In this document: positions 28,372-36,453 of the stretch, in pieces
Numbering within the stretch: position 1 is the first letter of the stretch
How the letters are laid out: each line of letters starts with the position of its first letter
Notes under the pieces: model-generated
Database searches by the model: none
Seen by the model: the letters and a program-made list of their open reading frames with translations, nothing else
What the model was told of the DNA's origin: nothing
Position numbers and translations under genes: made by a program
Origin: an uncultured Candidatus Rokubacteria bacterium
GTDB taxonomy: Bacteria > Methylomirabilota > Methylomirabilia > Rokubacteriales > DASRDR01
NCBI GenBank assembly: GCA_963805625.1
Contig: CAWDVE010000013.1
Location: 352,001 to 416,000 of the forward strand
Direction: 5' to 3'
DNA length: 64,000 bases

Positions 28372-29607
28372 TCAGCCCTCGAGCCGCGCTCGACGGCACC
28401 ACCGAACCAGGAGCCACGCGACGATCACCGCCACGATCAGCATCGCCATCACGATCATCATGATCGGCCCGCAGATCATCGCGACCGTTTCGGTCAAGAA
28501 CACGGTGATGTCCTTGAGCGCCCCGAGCGTTCCCGGGACGCCGAGAGACTCTGCCGGCGGGGGCATTTTGATCTGGTCCTTCTCCCACTTCGGGGCCAGA
28601 TACGGGAACTCTTTCCGGAACGGCCGGTCGTTCTCCGTCGCGCGCGGCCGCTGCGGGCTGTCGATGAACGAGCTCTCGATCAGCGGGCAATCCCCCTGCT
28701 GACAGGTGAGCAGGGCGACATCGTCGGTCAACAGCCGTCCGTTCGGGAAGCCAACCTTGTATTGCTTCGTATAGATCATCACGTCCGGAAAGTAGTCGTC
28801 TGAGCGGATCTTGAACAACGGTTGAAAGGCGTTCACGAATGCCGGAAAGCACTCCATCAGAAATCTCTCGATGCGCACTCTCGTGCGATTGTGCTCCTCA
28901 ATCGCCGCCACGTGCCGGCTGGGGTGGAGCGTGTTCAGGTATTCGAACCGGCCGACCTGCGTCCGGTTGGACCGGCCAACGTGATCGATCTGGACGCCAT
29001 CCTTGAGCCGGGTCGAAGTCCCCCATAGGAGCCAGTCCTTCCGGTCCTTGTCGGGAAAGGAGGAGAACGGAATGCTCAGGATCATCGCGATCGTGTTGCG
29101 GTTGAAAAAACGCGGGAAAATGAACGGATCGTCGAACACGCCAGTGGCCAGCCGGATCTTCTCGCTGTTCTGCAAGCCGTCATACTTGACGCTGCCGAGC
29201 GTGGCGTCGTTCTTGAGGCGGATCTTGATCGTGACGTCTTCCTTGATGCGGCTGGGGTCCTTGACTGTTCCGCCGTAGCGGGTTCTCTGCTGAAGGTTGT
29301 CGATGGTCACCTCGCTGTGCACGTCCATGTAGATGGCGAACTCGAAGGGCTCGAGCTGATACGGCGGCGGGGTGGTCAGCGCTCGCCGGACATTGAGCAT
29401 CACGACCAGCTGATCGCCGTCCGGGAAGGCGAAGAGGTCGGTGATCCCCGATTCCAGCACCTCCAGCACGAGCGGATCGGCATGGTCCGAGCCACTGAGC
29501 GCCGCCGGCAAGCACAGCACCGCGAGACCGAGGGCCAGCATCCCCGCCCTTCGCATGAGCGCTCTCCTTACGGCCGGCTCTGGCCGGCGCCCTGCCTCGA
29601 TGCTCAT
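28372..29607 (-). CDS. DUF4331-family protein with signal peptide and C-terminal TM anchor
   Basis: Signal peptide then SDHADP, ITDLFAFP, DDPFIF, FPNGRLLTDDV, NDRPFRKEFPYLAP. ATGA overlap with the HupE stop. Confidence 0.82.
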   Translation of the reverse strand: MSIEAGRRPEPAVRRALMRRAGMLALGLAVLCLPAALSGSDHADPLVLEVLESGITDLFAFPDGDQLVVMLNVRRALTTPPPYQLEPFEFAIYMDVHSEVTIDNLQQRTRYGGTVKDPSRIKEDVTIKIRLKNDATLGSVKYDGLQNSEKIRLATGVFDDPFIFPRFFNRNTIAMILSIPFSSFPDKDRKDWLLWGTSTRLKDGVQIDHVGRSNRTQVGRFEYLNTLHPSRHVAAIEEHNRTRVRIERFLMECFPAFVNAFQPLFKIRSDDYFPDVMIYTKQYKVGFPNGRLLTDDVALLTCQQGDCPLIESSFIDSPQRPRATENDRPFRKEFPYLAPKWEKDQIKMPPPAESLGVPGTLGALKDITVFLTETVAMICGPIMMIVMAMLIVAVIVAWLLVRWCRRARLEG

Positions 29608-30743
29608 GTCCAATGCAACGCCGCGATCAGGTAGAACATGCCGGCGACCAGGATCCCCGCCGAGCCGTAGCGCACCACGCCCGCCGGCACCCCCGCCGCC
29701 AGCGACGCCGTGCGCCGACGAACGTAGGCAAGTCCGAAGAACATCGGCAGGACGACCATCTGGTGGCCGACCTCCACGCCCAGGCTGAACGCGACGATCG
29801 CCAGCCCGGTGGCAAGGCCGGCCATGCCTTCCATCGCGCTCAGCAGGCCGCCGGCAAAGCCGAGACCATGGAAGAGGCCGAAAAAGAACGCGACCAACAG
29901 CCGGCCGGCGCCGCGGCCGCGCTGCGGTTCAATCACGTTCTCGAGGGCGACGAGGACGATCGAGGCCGCGATCATCGGCTCGACGATCTGTTCCGGCAGC
30001 CTGACGACATTCAGCACCGAGAGCGTGAGCGTGAGCGAATGGGCGAGCGTGAACGCGCTCACGACCTTGACGAGGTCCCACAGCGTCGCGACGGCCAGCG
30101 CCAGGGCCGCGATGAACAGAAGGTGGTCGTAGCCCGAGAGGATGTGCAGGATGCCATGGCGGATGAACTCTCTCGCCATCCGTACCTGGTCGAGGCGGCC
30201 CCACCGCCCCTCCGCCATCGCGCGGAGGTCGATGACGAGCGGCTCTCTCGACGTGAGCAACAGGCCCTCCACCGCCGGCTGCTCGTCCTGCTTCACGCGC
30301 ACCACGTAACTCGCCTCCCACGGATTGCCCGGCGCGAACTCGAACTCGCGCAGCACGCTCTGCTCGACCGCGAGGCGCACCGGCGTGCCGTTCACGCCCC
30401 GATACTCGAGCTCGTAGGTCGGGCGGCCCTCGGCCCCGCCGAGGACGCTGACCAGGAGCCCGTGGAGCGGCCGCTCGTCCGCGGCGATGCGCAGGTGCGC
30501 GAGCAGATAGTCGCCGTGCCGACGCACCATCTCGAAGGCCGAGGAGACTCTCGACTCGTCATGGGCCGCGGCCACCAGCACCTCCTCCATGGACACCCGG
30601 GCGGTCACGCGGACGCGTTCAGGCAACACGACGATGTCCAGGGCCCCCTGCGCCACCGGGTGCGCCCCGGCGCCCCGCGTCTCGAACGCCCCGAAGGCGA
30701 GCACGCTCGCGAGGATCAGGCCGAGCCGTTCAGTGATGCGCAT
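29604..30743 (-). CDS. HupE/UreJ-family membrane protein with periplasmic N-domain
   Basis: Signal peptide then His; GILHILSGYDHLLF, FTLAHSLTL, FGLFHGLGFA, GVEVGH. Confidence 0.88.
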   Translation of the reverse strand: MRITERLGLILASVLAFGAFETRGAGAHPVAQGALDIVVLPERVRVTARVSMEEVLVAAAHDESRVSSAFEMVRRHGDYLLAHLRIAADERPLHGLLVSVLGGAEGRPTYELEYRGVNGTPVRLAVEQSVLREFEFAPGNPWEASYVVRVKQDEQPAVEGLLLTSREPLVIDLRAMAEGRWGRLDQVRMAREFIRHGILHILSGYDHLLFIAALALAVATLWDLVKVVSAFTLAHSLTLTLSVLNVVRLPEQIVEPMIAASIVLVALENVIEPQRGRGAGRLLVAFFFGLFHGLGFAGGLLSAMEGMAGLATGLAIVAFSLGVEVGHQMVVLPMFFGLAYVRRRTASLAAGVPAGVVRYGSAGILVAGMFYLIAALHWT

Positions 30744-32013
30744 GGAAGTTCTCGTAACCCGGGTTCAGCTCGGCGACCATCTTCAAGAGTCGCTTGCCCT
30801 CGGCGATCCGGCCGGCGGCCAGCGAAATGATCCCGGCGTGGAAGAACACATGCGGGTCTTTCACGCCGGAGGAGAGTGCCGTCTCCATTACGGCCAGCGC
30901 GGGGGCGAACTGGCCGTCGCGGTACAGCGCCCATGCCAGGCCATCCTGGGTGACGAAGTGGGGGCGCAGCTCCGCGTCCCTGCGGGCCCACTTGAGAGCC
31001 TCGGCCCCGTCCTGGCGCACATCGGCATAGAACCTGGCAAGGTGATGGTAGTAGCGGACCTCGCCGCGCCGAGCCGCGTCGAGATAGGCGGCCAGCGCGC
31101 GATCATGCCACGGTCCCGCCTCGCCGGCTCGTCCCATGAACAGGAACAGATCGCCGAGCGCCTGGGCCACCTCGGGCCTCGGCGAGCGCGCGAAGGTTTT
31201 CCGGTAGAGGGCGACCGCCTGGTCGAACTGGCGCTGCGCCGCCAGCAGCTCCGCGAGGTGCGCCTCGACCAACCAGTAGCCCGAGTAGGCCTTGTCGGCC
31301 TGCTGGTAGTGAGCCAGCGCGCGGTCGTAGCGACCGCGGTTGAACTCCAGGAGTCCTCGCTGCACCCCCACCCACGCATGGGAACGCGTCTGCGTCGTCG
31401 CGATCTCGGCTTGGGCTTGCTCGTATAGCCTGTCGGCTCGCTCGGGGTCCCCGAACTTGGCTTCCCAATAGGCGAGGCGCGCCAGGTTGTCCCACGTAGG
31501 GCTTTCCTCGATGGCACGGAGGTATCCGCTCCTCGCCGCCGCGTATCCGCCTTCCTGGAAGGCGACGCCCGCCTGCATGGCCACCACTGGCGCGCCGTCG
31601 ACAAACCTCGAGAGCGCCACGAGGTCGCGATGCGTCTCTTCCAGCCGATGAAGCCGAAAGTCGAGATGGGCCTTGAGGAGGTAGAGGTTGGCCGTCGGGC
31701 CGACCTCTCGGAAGGCGCGGTCGATGGCGGTGTCCGCCATCGTGAAATCGCCCGCCCCCCCCGTCAGCATCGCGCGCTGAAAGAGCCGGTAGGCTAAGCT
31801 CGTCGCCCTGTCGAGATTGAGCGACGGGCCGAACGCACCGTTCTTGAGCTCGGCGATGCTCTTGTCGATTCGCGTCAGCTCGACATCGTAGTCCGTCGCG
31901 GGTGTTGGCTCGCGCCGGACCAGACTAACCAAGGGGACAGACAACAACATCGCCGCGGCGGTCGCGAGAAGCGGTTTGAGCAATCGCATCAGCGGGGCTG
32001 CCGGCGATCCCAC
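30730..32013 (-). CDS. TPR-repeat protein with N-terminal hydrophobic segment
   Basis: Paralog of 6779-7969; ends LNPGYENFHAHH. The start could be ATG 31989. Confidence 0.85.
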   Translation of the reverse strand: MGSPAAPLMRLLKPLLATAAAMLLSVPLVSLVRREPTPATDYDVELTRIDKSIAELKNGAFGPSLNLDRATSLAYRLFQRAMLTGGAGDFTMADTAIDRAFREVGPTANLYLLKAHLDFRLHRLEETHRDLVALSRFVDGAPVVAMQAGVAFQEGGYAAARSGYLRAIEESPTWDNLARLAYWEAKFGDPERADRLYEQAQAEIATTQTRSHAWVGVQRGLLEFNRGRYDRALAHYQQADKAYSGYWLVEAHLAELLAAQRQFDQAVALYRKTFARSPRPEVAQALGDLFLFMGRAGEAGPWHDRALAAYLDAARRGEVRYYHHLARFYADVRQDGAEALKWARRDAELRPHFVTQDGLAWALYRDGQFAPALAVMETALSSGVKDPHVFFHAGIISLAAGRIAEGKRLLKMVAELNPGYENFHAHH

Positions 32014-32483
32014 GCTTTACGCGATGGACGACCGGGCCCGGGGCTTCGGTGCTCCACCCCTTCCCCTAACGGCCCGGTCCCCGAAGGAGCGGAGGCCGCC
32101 AACGCTACTCCCGAGTCACGGCACCGAGACCTCCCGCTCTTGAGGATCGCTCGAATGCGCGCACCGTCGGAGCCGTCGCGCGCCGCGCGAGAAGAAGTCG
32201 GCAGGACGCTCGGGCGCCTGCTGCTTCGCGACCACGATCCGCAGGGCGCCCCGGAGAACACTAGACCGGGCTGAGAAGCCATCCCGAACACACGTCACCG
32301 TGTTCACGAGCGGCCATCACACCCTTTGCGCGTCGTCGTGCGGTTCCTGGATCCCCTTTCCGGCGCTGAACGCCGGCCCCTCCGGAGTCCCCGGCCACGC
32401 GCCCATGCTGCGCAACGAGCCATCTCGGCCACGTGACGACGAACCCCAGACGTTGCAAGCCCTCCATTTGAGCTACGCGCCGA

Positions 32484-32499
32484 AGCGAGATTCGGGCCA
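32484..32499 (-). promoter_or_regulatory. sigma54 (-24/-12) promoter facing the heme-enzyme operon
   Basis: Minus strand TGGCCCG-AATC-TCGCT with exact GG-N10-GC spacing. Confidence 0.65.
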
Positions 32500-32597
32500 A
32501 CGACCCTGGCAGCTCCAGTGCGCCGGTTCGGGCTGGTGCGCCGGGCACTTTGATGCCATGTCCCCGTGTGATGCCGGCAGCACGCCTCTCGCTTGGG

Positions 32598-32718
32598 TGC
32601 CCAGAAACAGGGCATGCGCTCTCTAAACCGGTGCCGGTATCCGTCCGAACCGTAGAAGAATCACTACGTTCCAGGACACTGCACACTAGACTGTGCACCC
32701 TGCACTGTGGACTGTGCA
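32598..32718. promoter_or_regulatory. TGCACA-N6-TGTGCA boxes: tandem pair 32680-32718 plus degenerate single 32598-32615
   Basis: TGCACA-CTAGAC-TGTGCA-CCC-TGCACT-GTGGAC-TGTGCA. Confidence 0.75.
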
Positions 32719-33061
32719 GGCTGGCGCGCGCTACGAGTGGTTTCCACTAAAGGCAGCTGGAAGAACTCGGTGGCGCAGTCCCGGACGCCACGTCGCCACC
32801 ACCATCGCCGATGTGGATCCAGGGATCCATGGATCCATGGCACGACCCACGAGCGCCCGATCGACCGCTTCGCTCAAGCGCGGGCGGCGCTGCACCAGGC
32901 CCTACGAACGTGGGCCCATGATCCTCACGCGCAACCAGAGCTTCGGCAGCTGAGGGGAGATCTCAGGCGACCGTGTCATCACCACCTCCCGTCCTGGACC
33001 GCATCCTCCATCAAACCGGCACGCATCGGCCCCCCTGAGGTGACGCGCGCGCGCCTTGAAT

Positions 33062-33182
33062 TGCACAGTGGAGTGTGCAGGGTGCACTGTGGGCTGTGCA
33101 GTCGCCGTAAGTGCCTGGAATCTCAATCTCTCGTGCCCAGAAACCTGTGCGGGTAGCCTTCGCCTGCACACTGGGCTGTGCA
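33062..33182. promoter_or_regulatory. TGCACA-N6-TGTGCA boxes: tandem pair 33062-33100 plus singles 33134-33151 and 33165-33182
   Basis: TGCACA-GTGGAG-TGTGCA-GGG-TGCACT-GTGGGC-TGTGCA; TGCACA-CTGGGC-TGTGCA. Confidence 0.75.
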
Positions 33183-33261
33183 GCCTCAGTCCCGGTGGCG
33201 CCCCACATGCGAGAGATGTAAGCGTGGATGCCAGCAGCGTTTACCTTCGGCCCGCAGTCCG

Positions 33262-33277
33262 AGGCACAGTTCGTGCA
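33262..33277 (+). promoter_or_regulatory. sigma54 promoter
   Basis: AGGCACA-GTTC-GTGCA with GG-N10-GC, ~45 bp upstream of ATG 33321. Confidence 0.65.
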
Positions 33278-33320
33278 CGTAGGATGCGGCGCTCGTCCGG
33301 ACAGTCGGACAGGAGGACTG

Positions 33321-34169
33321 ATGCGAGGCTCAGCCCGACGCGCCCAGATCAGGAAGCGGCGTGGGCTCGCGCCGCCTATCCCGATCGGGGTCGCCGCCAA
33401 CGTTGCGACGGTGACCGCCCCGGAGAATCCTCTCCGAACGGGGATGCCCGCGCTCGATGCCATTCATTCTCGACTGACGATCGCCTCCCCGCAGAGCCCG
33501 GGCCGGACCTACGCTATCCTGCGCACCACGGAGATCGATTCGTATGAACTCGAGGCCGCGATGGCGGCCGGGGTGCCGGCGCCTGGTCTCCTGGCACCGG
33601 TGCCCGTGGGCGACAGCTTCAAGGGGACCTCGCGGAAGACCGCGAAGCTGTCGATCGCGACCGCGTCGGCGGAGTCGTTCAAGGATCTCAAGAACCTCAT
33701 CGCCTCCCTCCCGGCCGACAGCACCATGGTGGCGCTGCACCCCCCAATCACAACTTCATCTACATCGAATCGGGTCAGCAAGGAGAAGCGGAACGTCCGG
33801 GTACGGGCGTTCCTCTACGCCGCGAGCCGCGAGAATGACAACGACTTCCACCTGATCGTTGGGCGAGACCCGGCGACGTCGCCAGAGATGTACATGACGG
33901 TAGAGTTGTCGGGACTACCATCGAAGACGGCAAAGTCTCACGCGAAACTGAAGGCCGCTCGTGACGCGTACAAGGCCTTCTTCGGAACCAGTCTCCCGGG
34001 CATGACCTACGACTTCTATGATCCACCGATACCGGTCCAGATCGAAGGCTCCCTCCTCTTCGACATCAATCACGCCGTCGGCCAGCGTCCGGGCCCGCAG
34101 AGCTTGAAGAGTCGGATCCCGACGATCTGGGAAGTGCACCCAATCACCGGCATCGCGTTCGAGCCATGA
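33321..34169 (+). CDS. Uncharacterised protein, possibly OB-fold-like (DxDFH...WEVHPI)
   Basis: AGGAGG RBS; motifs ENDNDFHLIVG, IEGSLLFD and TIWEVHPI; N-terminal motif shared with the next gene. Confidence 0.78.
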   Translation: MRGSARRAQIRKRRGLAPPIPIGVAANVATVTAPENPLRTGMPALDAIHSRLTIASPQSPGRTYAILRTTEIDSYELEAAMAAGVPAPGLLAPVPVGDSFKGTSRKTAKLSIATASAESFKDLKNLIASLPADSTMVALHPPITTSSTSNRVSKEKRNVRVRAFLYAASRENDNDFHLIVGRDPATSPEMYMTVELSGLPSKTAKSHAKLKAARDAYKAFFGTSLPGMTYDFYDPPIPVQIEGSLLFDINHAVGQRPGPQSLKSRIPTIWEVHPITGIAFEP

Positions 34170-34178
34170 GGGAGGACG

Positions 34179-34439
34179 GTGTCTCGTAAGCGGACGCGAC
34201 GCTCGACCTCGCCTCGGCGGAAGCGGACGACGCGGACCATGACGCCCCGCCGGGGAATGCCCACCCCCGACTCGGTCCAGGCCGTGGTGCCCTTCACCTC
34301 GCCGACAGGACGGACGTACCGGATCCTCAAGACCACAGAACGCGACGCCTACGACGAGCTTCGAAAGCCGAAAAAGACGAGGCAGCCTGGCGGGCGTCGC
34401 AGCCTCCAGCCCCCCGAAGAGCCTCGGTCAATGGCGTAA
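34179..34439 (+). CDS. Small basic protein (86 aa) carrying the GMP..SP.GRTY.IL.TTE.D.Y motif
   Basis: GGAGG RBS, 9 bp after the upstream stop; the motif is homologous to the N-terminus of 33321-34169. Confidence 0.75.
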   Translation: MSRKRTRRSTSPRRKRTTRTMTPRRGMPTPDSVQAVVPFTSPTGRTYRILKTTERDAYDELRKPKKTRQPGGRRSLQPPEEPRSMA

Positions 34440-34835
34440 TCGACCGGGGGCCGCATCTGACGCGAGGTGCAAGATCGTCGCAGGTGCGAGGCTCAACGCC
34501 CAACTGGGATGAGCCCGCTGGTCGCGGATGAGCCTTACGCGCCGTCGCTCTCCGTCCGTCCGATGATCCGCTTGATTCTGAATGGTGGCAGCACCGTCTC
34601 GTCAGGCGGTCGTTCCGCGCTAGCGCGATGCCGGTCCGGCGGATCGCAAGTCTCGGCAGCCATCGGCCGGTCCAGACTCACTCGCGGCCCGCAGCTGCGC
34701 TTGGGGTTACGCCGGCCGTCCGGCCGACGCGCGCAGAGCGACCGTCCTGGGCGGTTGGTCCGGTCGAGGGCGAGACGTAACGGGCAGAACCTGGGGGGAC
34801 GCCCGTGGCCTAACTGCGTCTCCCGGCGCGCCAGG

Positions 34836-34971
34836 TGCCCAGTCCACAGTGCCCAGTCCACAGTGCAAGGTGCACAGTCTAGTGTGCAGCGCTCGCGAAC
34901 CCAGCGATTCTCCGAGAGTTTGTAACCCCGTCAGGTGCCCGGGGGAAGATCGCTGCCCTGTGTACTGTGCA
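34836..34971. promoter_or_regulatory. TGCACA-N6-TGTGCA boxes: tandem pair 34850-34888 plus single 34954-34971
   Basis: Near-exact reverse complement of 32680-32718, plus a 14-bp tandem duplication at 34836. Confidence 0.75.
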
Positions 34972-35070
34972 CCCCCGCCTGAGCCGTCTACGCCATCGTG
35001 AGACCGCAAGACCCCCCGAAGTATCCGACACAGCAGCTAGAACTGGCCCGCGCGACACGCCAGGTGTCAT

Positions 35071-35086
35071 TGGCATGCATCTCGCT
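35071..35086 (+). promoter_or_regulatory. sigma54 promoter
   Basis: TGGCATG-CATC-TCGCT with GG-N10-GC; nearly identical to the minus-strand promoter at 32499. Confidence 0.68.
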
Positions 35087-35534
35087 TCACGTAACTACGA
35101 CGAGAGTCACTTCGCTCAGAGGATTCTAGTGTGAGACAGCATCAGCGCCGCGGACGTGGTCCATGCAGCGAGCCAACTCGGCGACGATGAAGCCGCCGAT
35201 TGCTGGCACGGCCGCCGCCGCGCAGCGGCGACGAGACGGGCGGATTACGCGAATGCGGTCGGTCGCATCGCTTGACCACGGCCGAGGTCCCGAACTAGGC
35301 TGGCGCTGGAGTCGAAGTCCGTGGGACGTATCAGTCGCGTGCCTCCTAACCAGCGTTGTGTCGGCGGGATTCGCCAAACTGGCCAAGTGTCCGAGCCCTA
35401 CCCGGAACCGCGGGCGGCGCGCGACCTGCCACGGACACCCCGGTTGAGACGCGCGCCGAAGCCATCCTCGAGGACATTCAGATCGCTCGGCATGCCGAGG
35501 GCTCGCGGCGGTCACATCACCTAAGGAGGTCACA

Positions 35535-35795
35535 ATGGACGAGGTCTTCCCCGTTCTCGCCGGCATCGCCCTTGGGCTCGGAACCTACGCGGTGCGGCCG
35601 ACATGGCTGAAAGCGATCCTGGTCGGGATACTCGGAGTGGGTTTCGGCGCCGCGGCGAGCTGGATCAGCGGTGAACTGGCCGTGAGTCGCCTCTATCTCC
35701 TCGTGGACATGGCGCAGGTCCTGGTGGCGGCCCTCCTGTCGGGAGCCCTCGCGCGGAGGTGGATGCGCCGTCGCGCGCGATCACTGGCACGCTAG
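35535..35795 (+). CDS. Small membrane protein (about 3 TM helices)
   Basis: TAAGGAGG RBS; hydrophobic 86 aa. Confidence 0.75.
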   Translation: MDEVFPVLAGIALGLGTYAVRPTWLKAILVGILGVGFGAAASWISGELAVSRLYLLVDMAQVLVAALLSGALARRWMRRRARSLAR

Positions 35796-36093
35796 TCGAC
35801 CATCCACGTACGCCCGCCCGGTCGACGCGTCGGCGCCCGCCCTTCCGGGGGCGTCGAGGCCGACTGTCAGCAGTGCATGGATGGCGTTCCGTCGTAACAG
35901 CTTTGCGCTGTCGGGAGAGGGGAGAGGAGCCTTCTCCGCCGACTGACCGACTCGTCACCGTGGCTCAGGGATGATGTATGGGAGGCGTCCTGACGCGATG
36001 AAGAGAACGTTGATCCTTCCGACGATGAACGCCTTCCTGGGCGACCTTCGACCCGGCAGACGCAGCCCAGGCCACTGACCACAGGAGGAGCAC

Positions 36094-36453
36094 GTGATGG
36101 CACAGGAGACAGCACGCGAGCCTGACGGAAGGGACGCGGCGAAAACGCGCGACGTGGGTCGACCCGTCCGCGCGACCGCGAGAGCGGCGAAGGCACGCGC
36201 CGCCGCACGCCCCGACCTGGACGCTCGCAACGAGCGCATGGTCGGTCCACGAAAGCCGATGGGCCCGCCTCTCGCAGAGCCACCAGCAGGCCTTGCGCGC
36301 CGCCGTGCGGCCGCCGGGCCACGCGCCGCGGGCGCCAGACCCACGGACCCGGCCAGCCCCGCGGCCCCGAGGAGCGCGTCCCGCCGGACGCGGGCGTCAG
36401 CCAGGACTCGGGCAAGGAGAGCTACCGCCGCGAGGAAGAAGAGGAAGAGCTAA
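36094..36453 (+). CDS. Arg/Ala-rich basic low-complexity protein
   Basis: AGGAGGAG RBS; TAATG stop/start coupling with the next gene. Confidence 0.6.
   Translation: MMAQETAREPDGRDAAKTRDVGRPVRATARAAKARAAARPDLDARNERMVGPRKPMGPPLAEPPAGLARRRAAAGPRAAGARPTDPASPAAPRSASRRTRASARTRARRATAARKKRKS

Noticed and set aside
32545-32558. TGGCATCAAAGTGC on the minus strand as a sigma54 promoter
   Set aside because: GG-GC spacing is 9 bp, not 10. The motif at 32484-32499 has the correct spacing.
32680-34971. TGCACA/TGTGCA repeats as a CRISPR array or as MITE/transposon ends
   Set aside because: There is no repeat-spacer periodicity and no cas or transposase gene. Each cluster sits at a consistent distance from a -24/-12 motif, which fits enhancer sites better.
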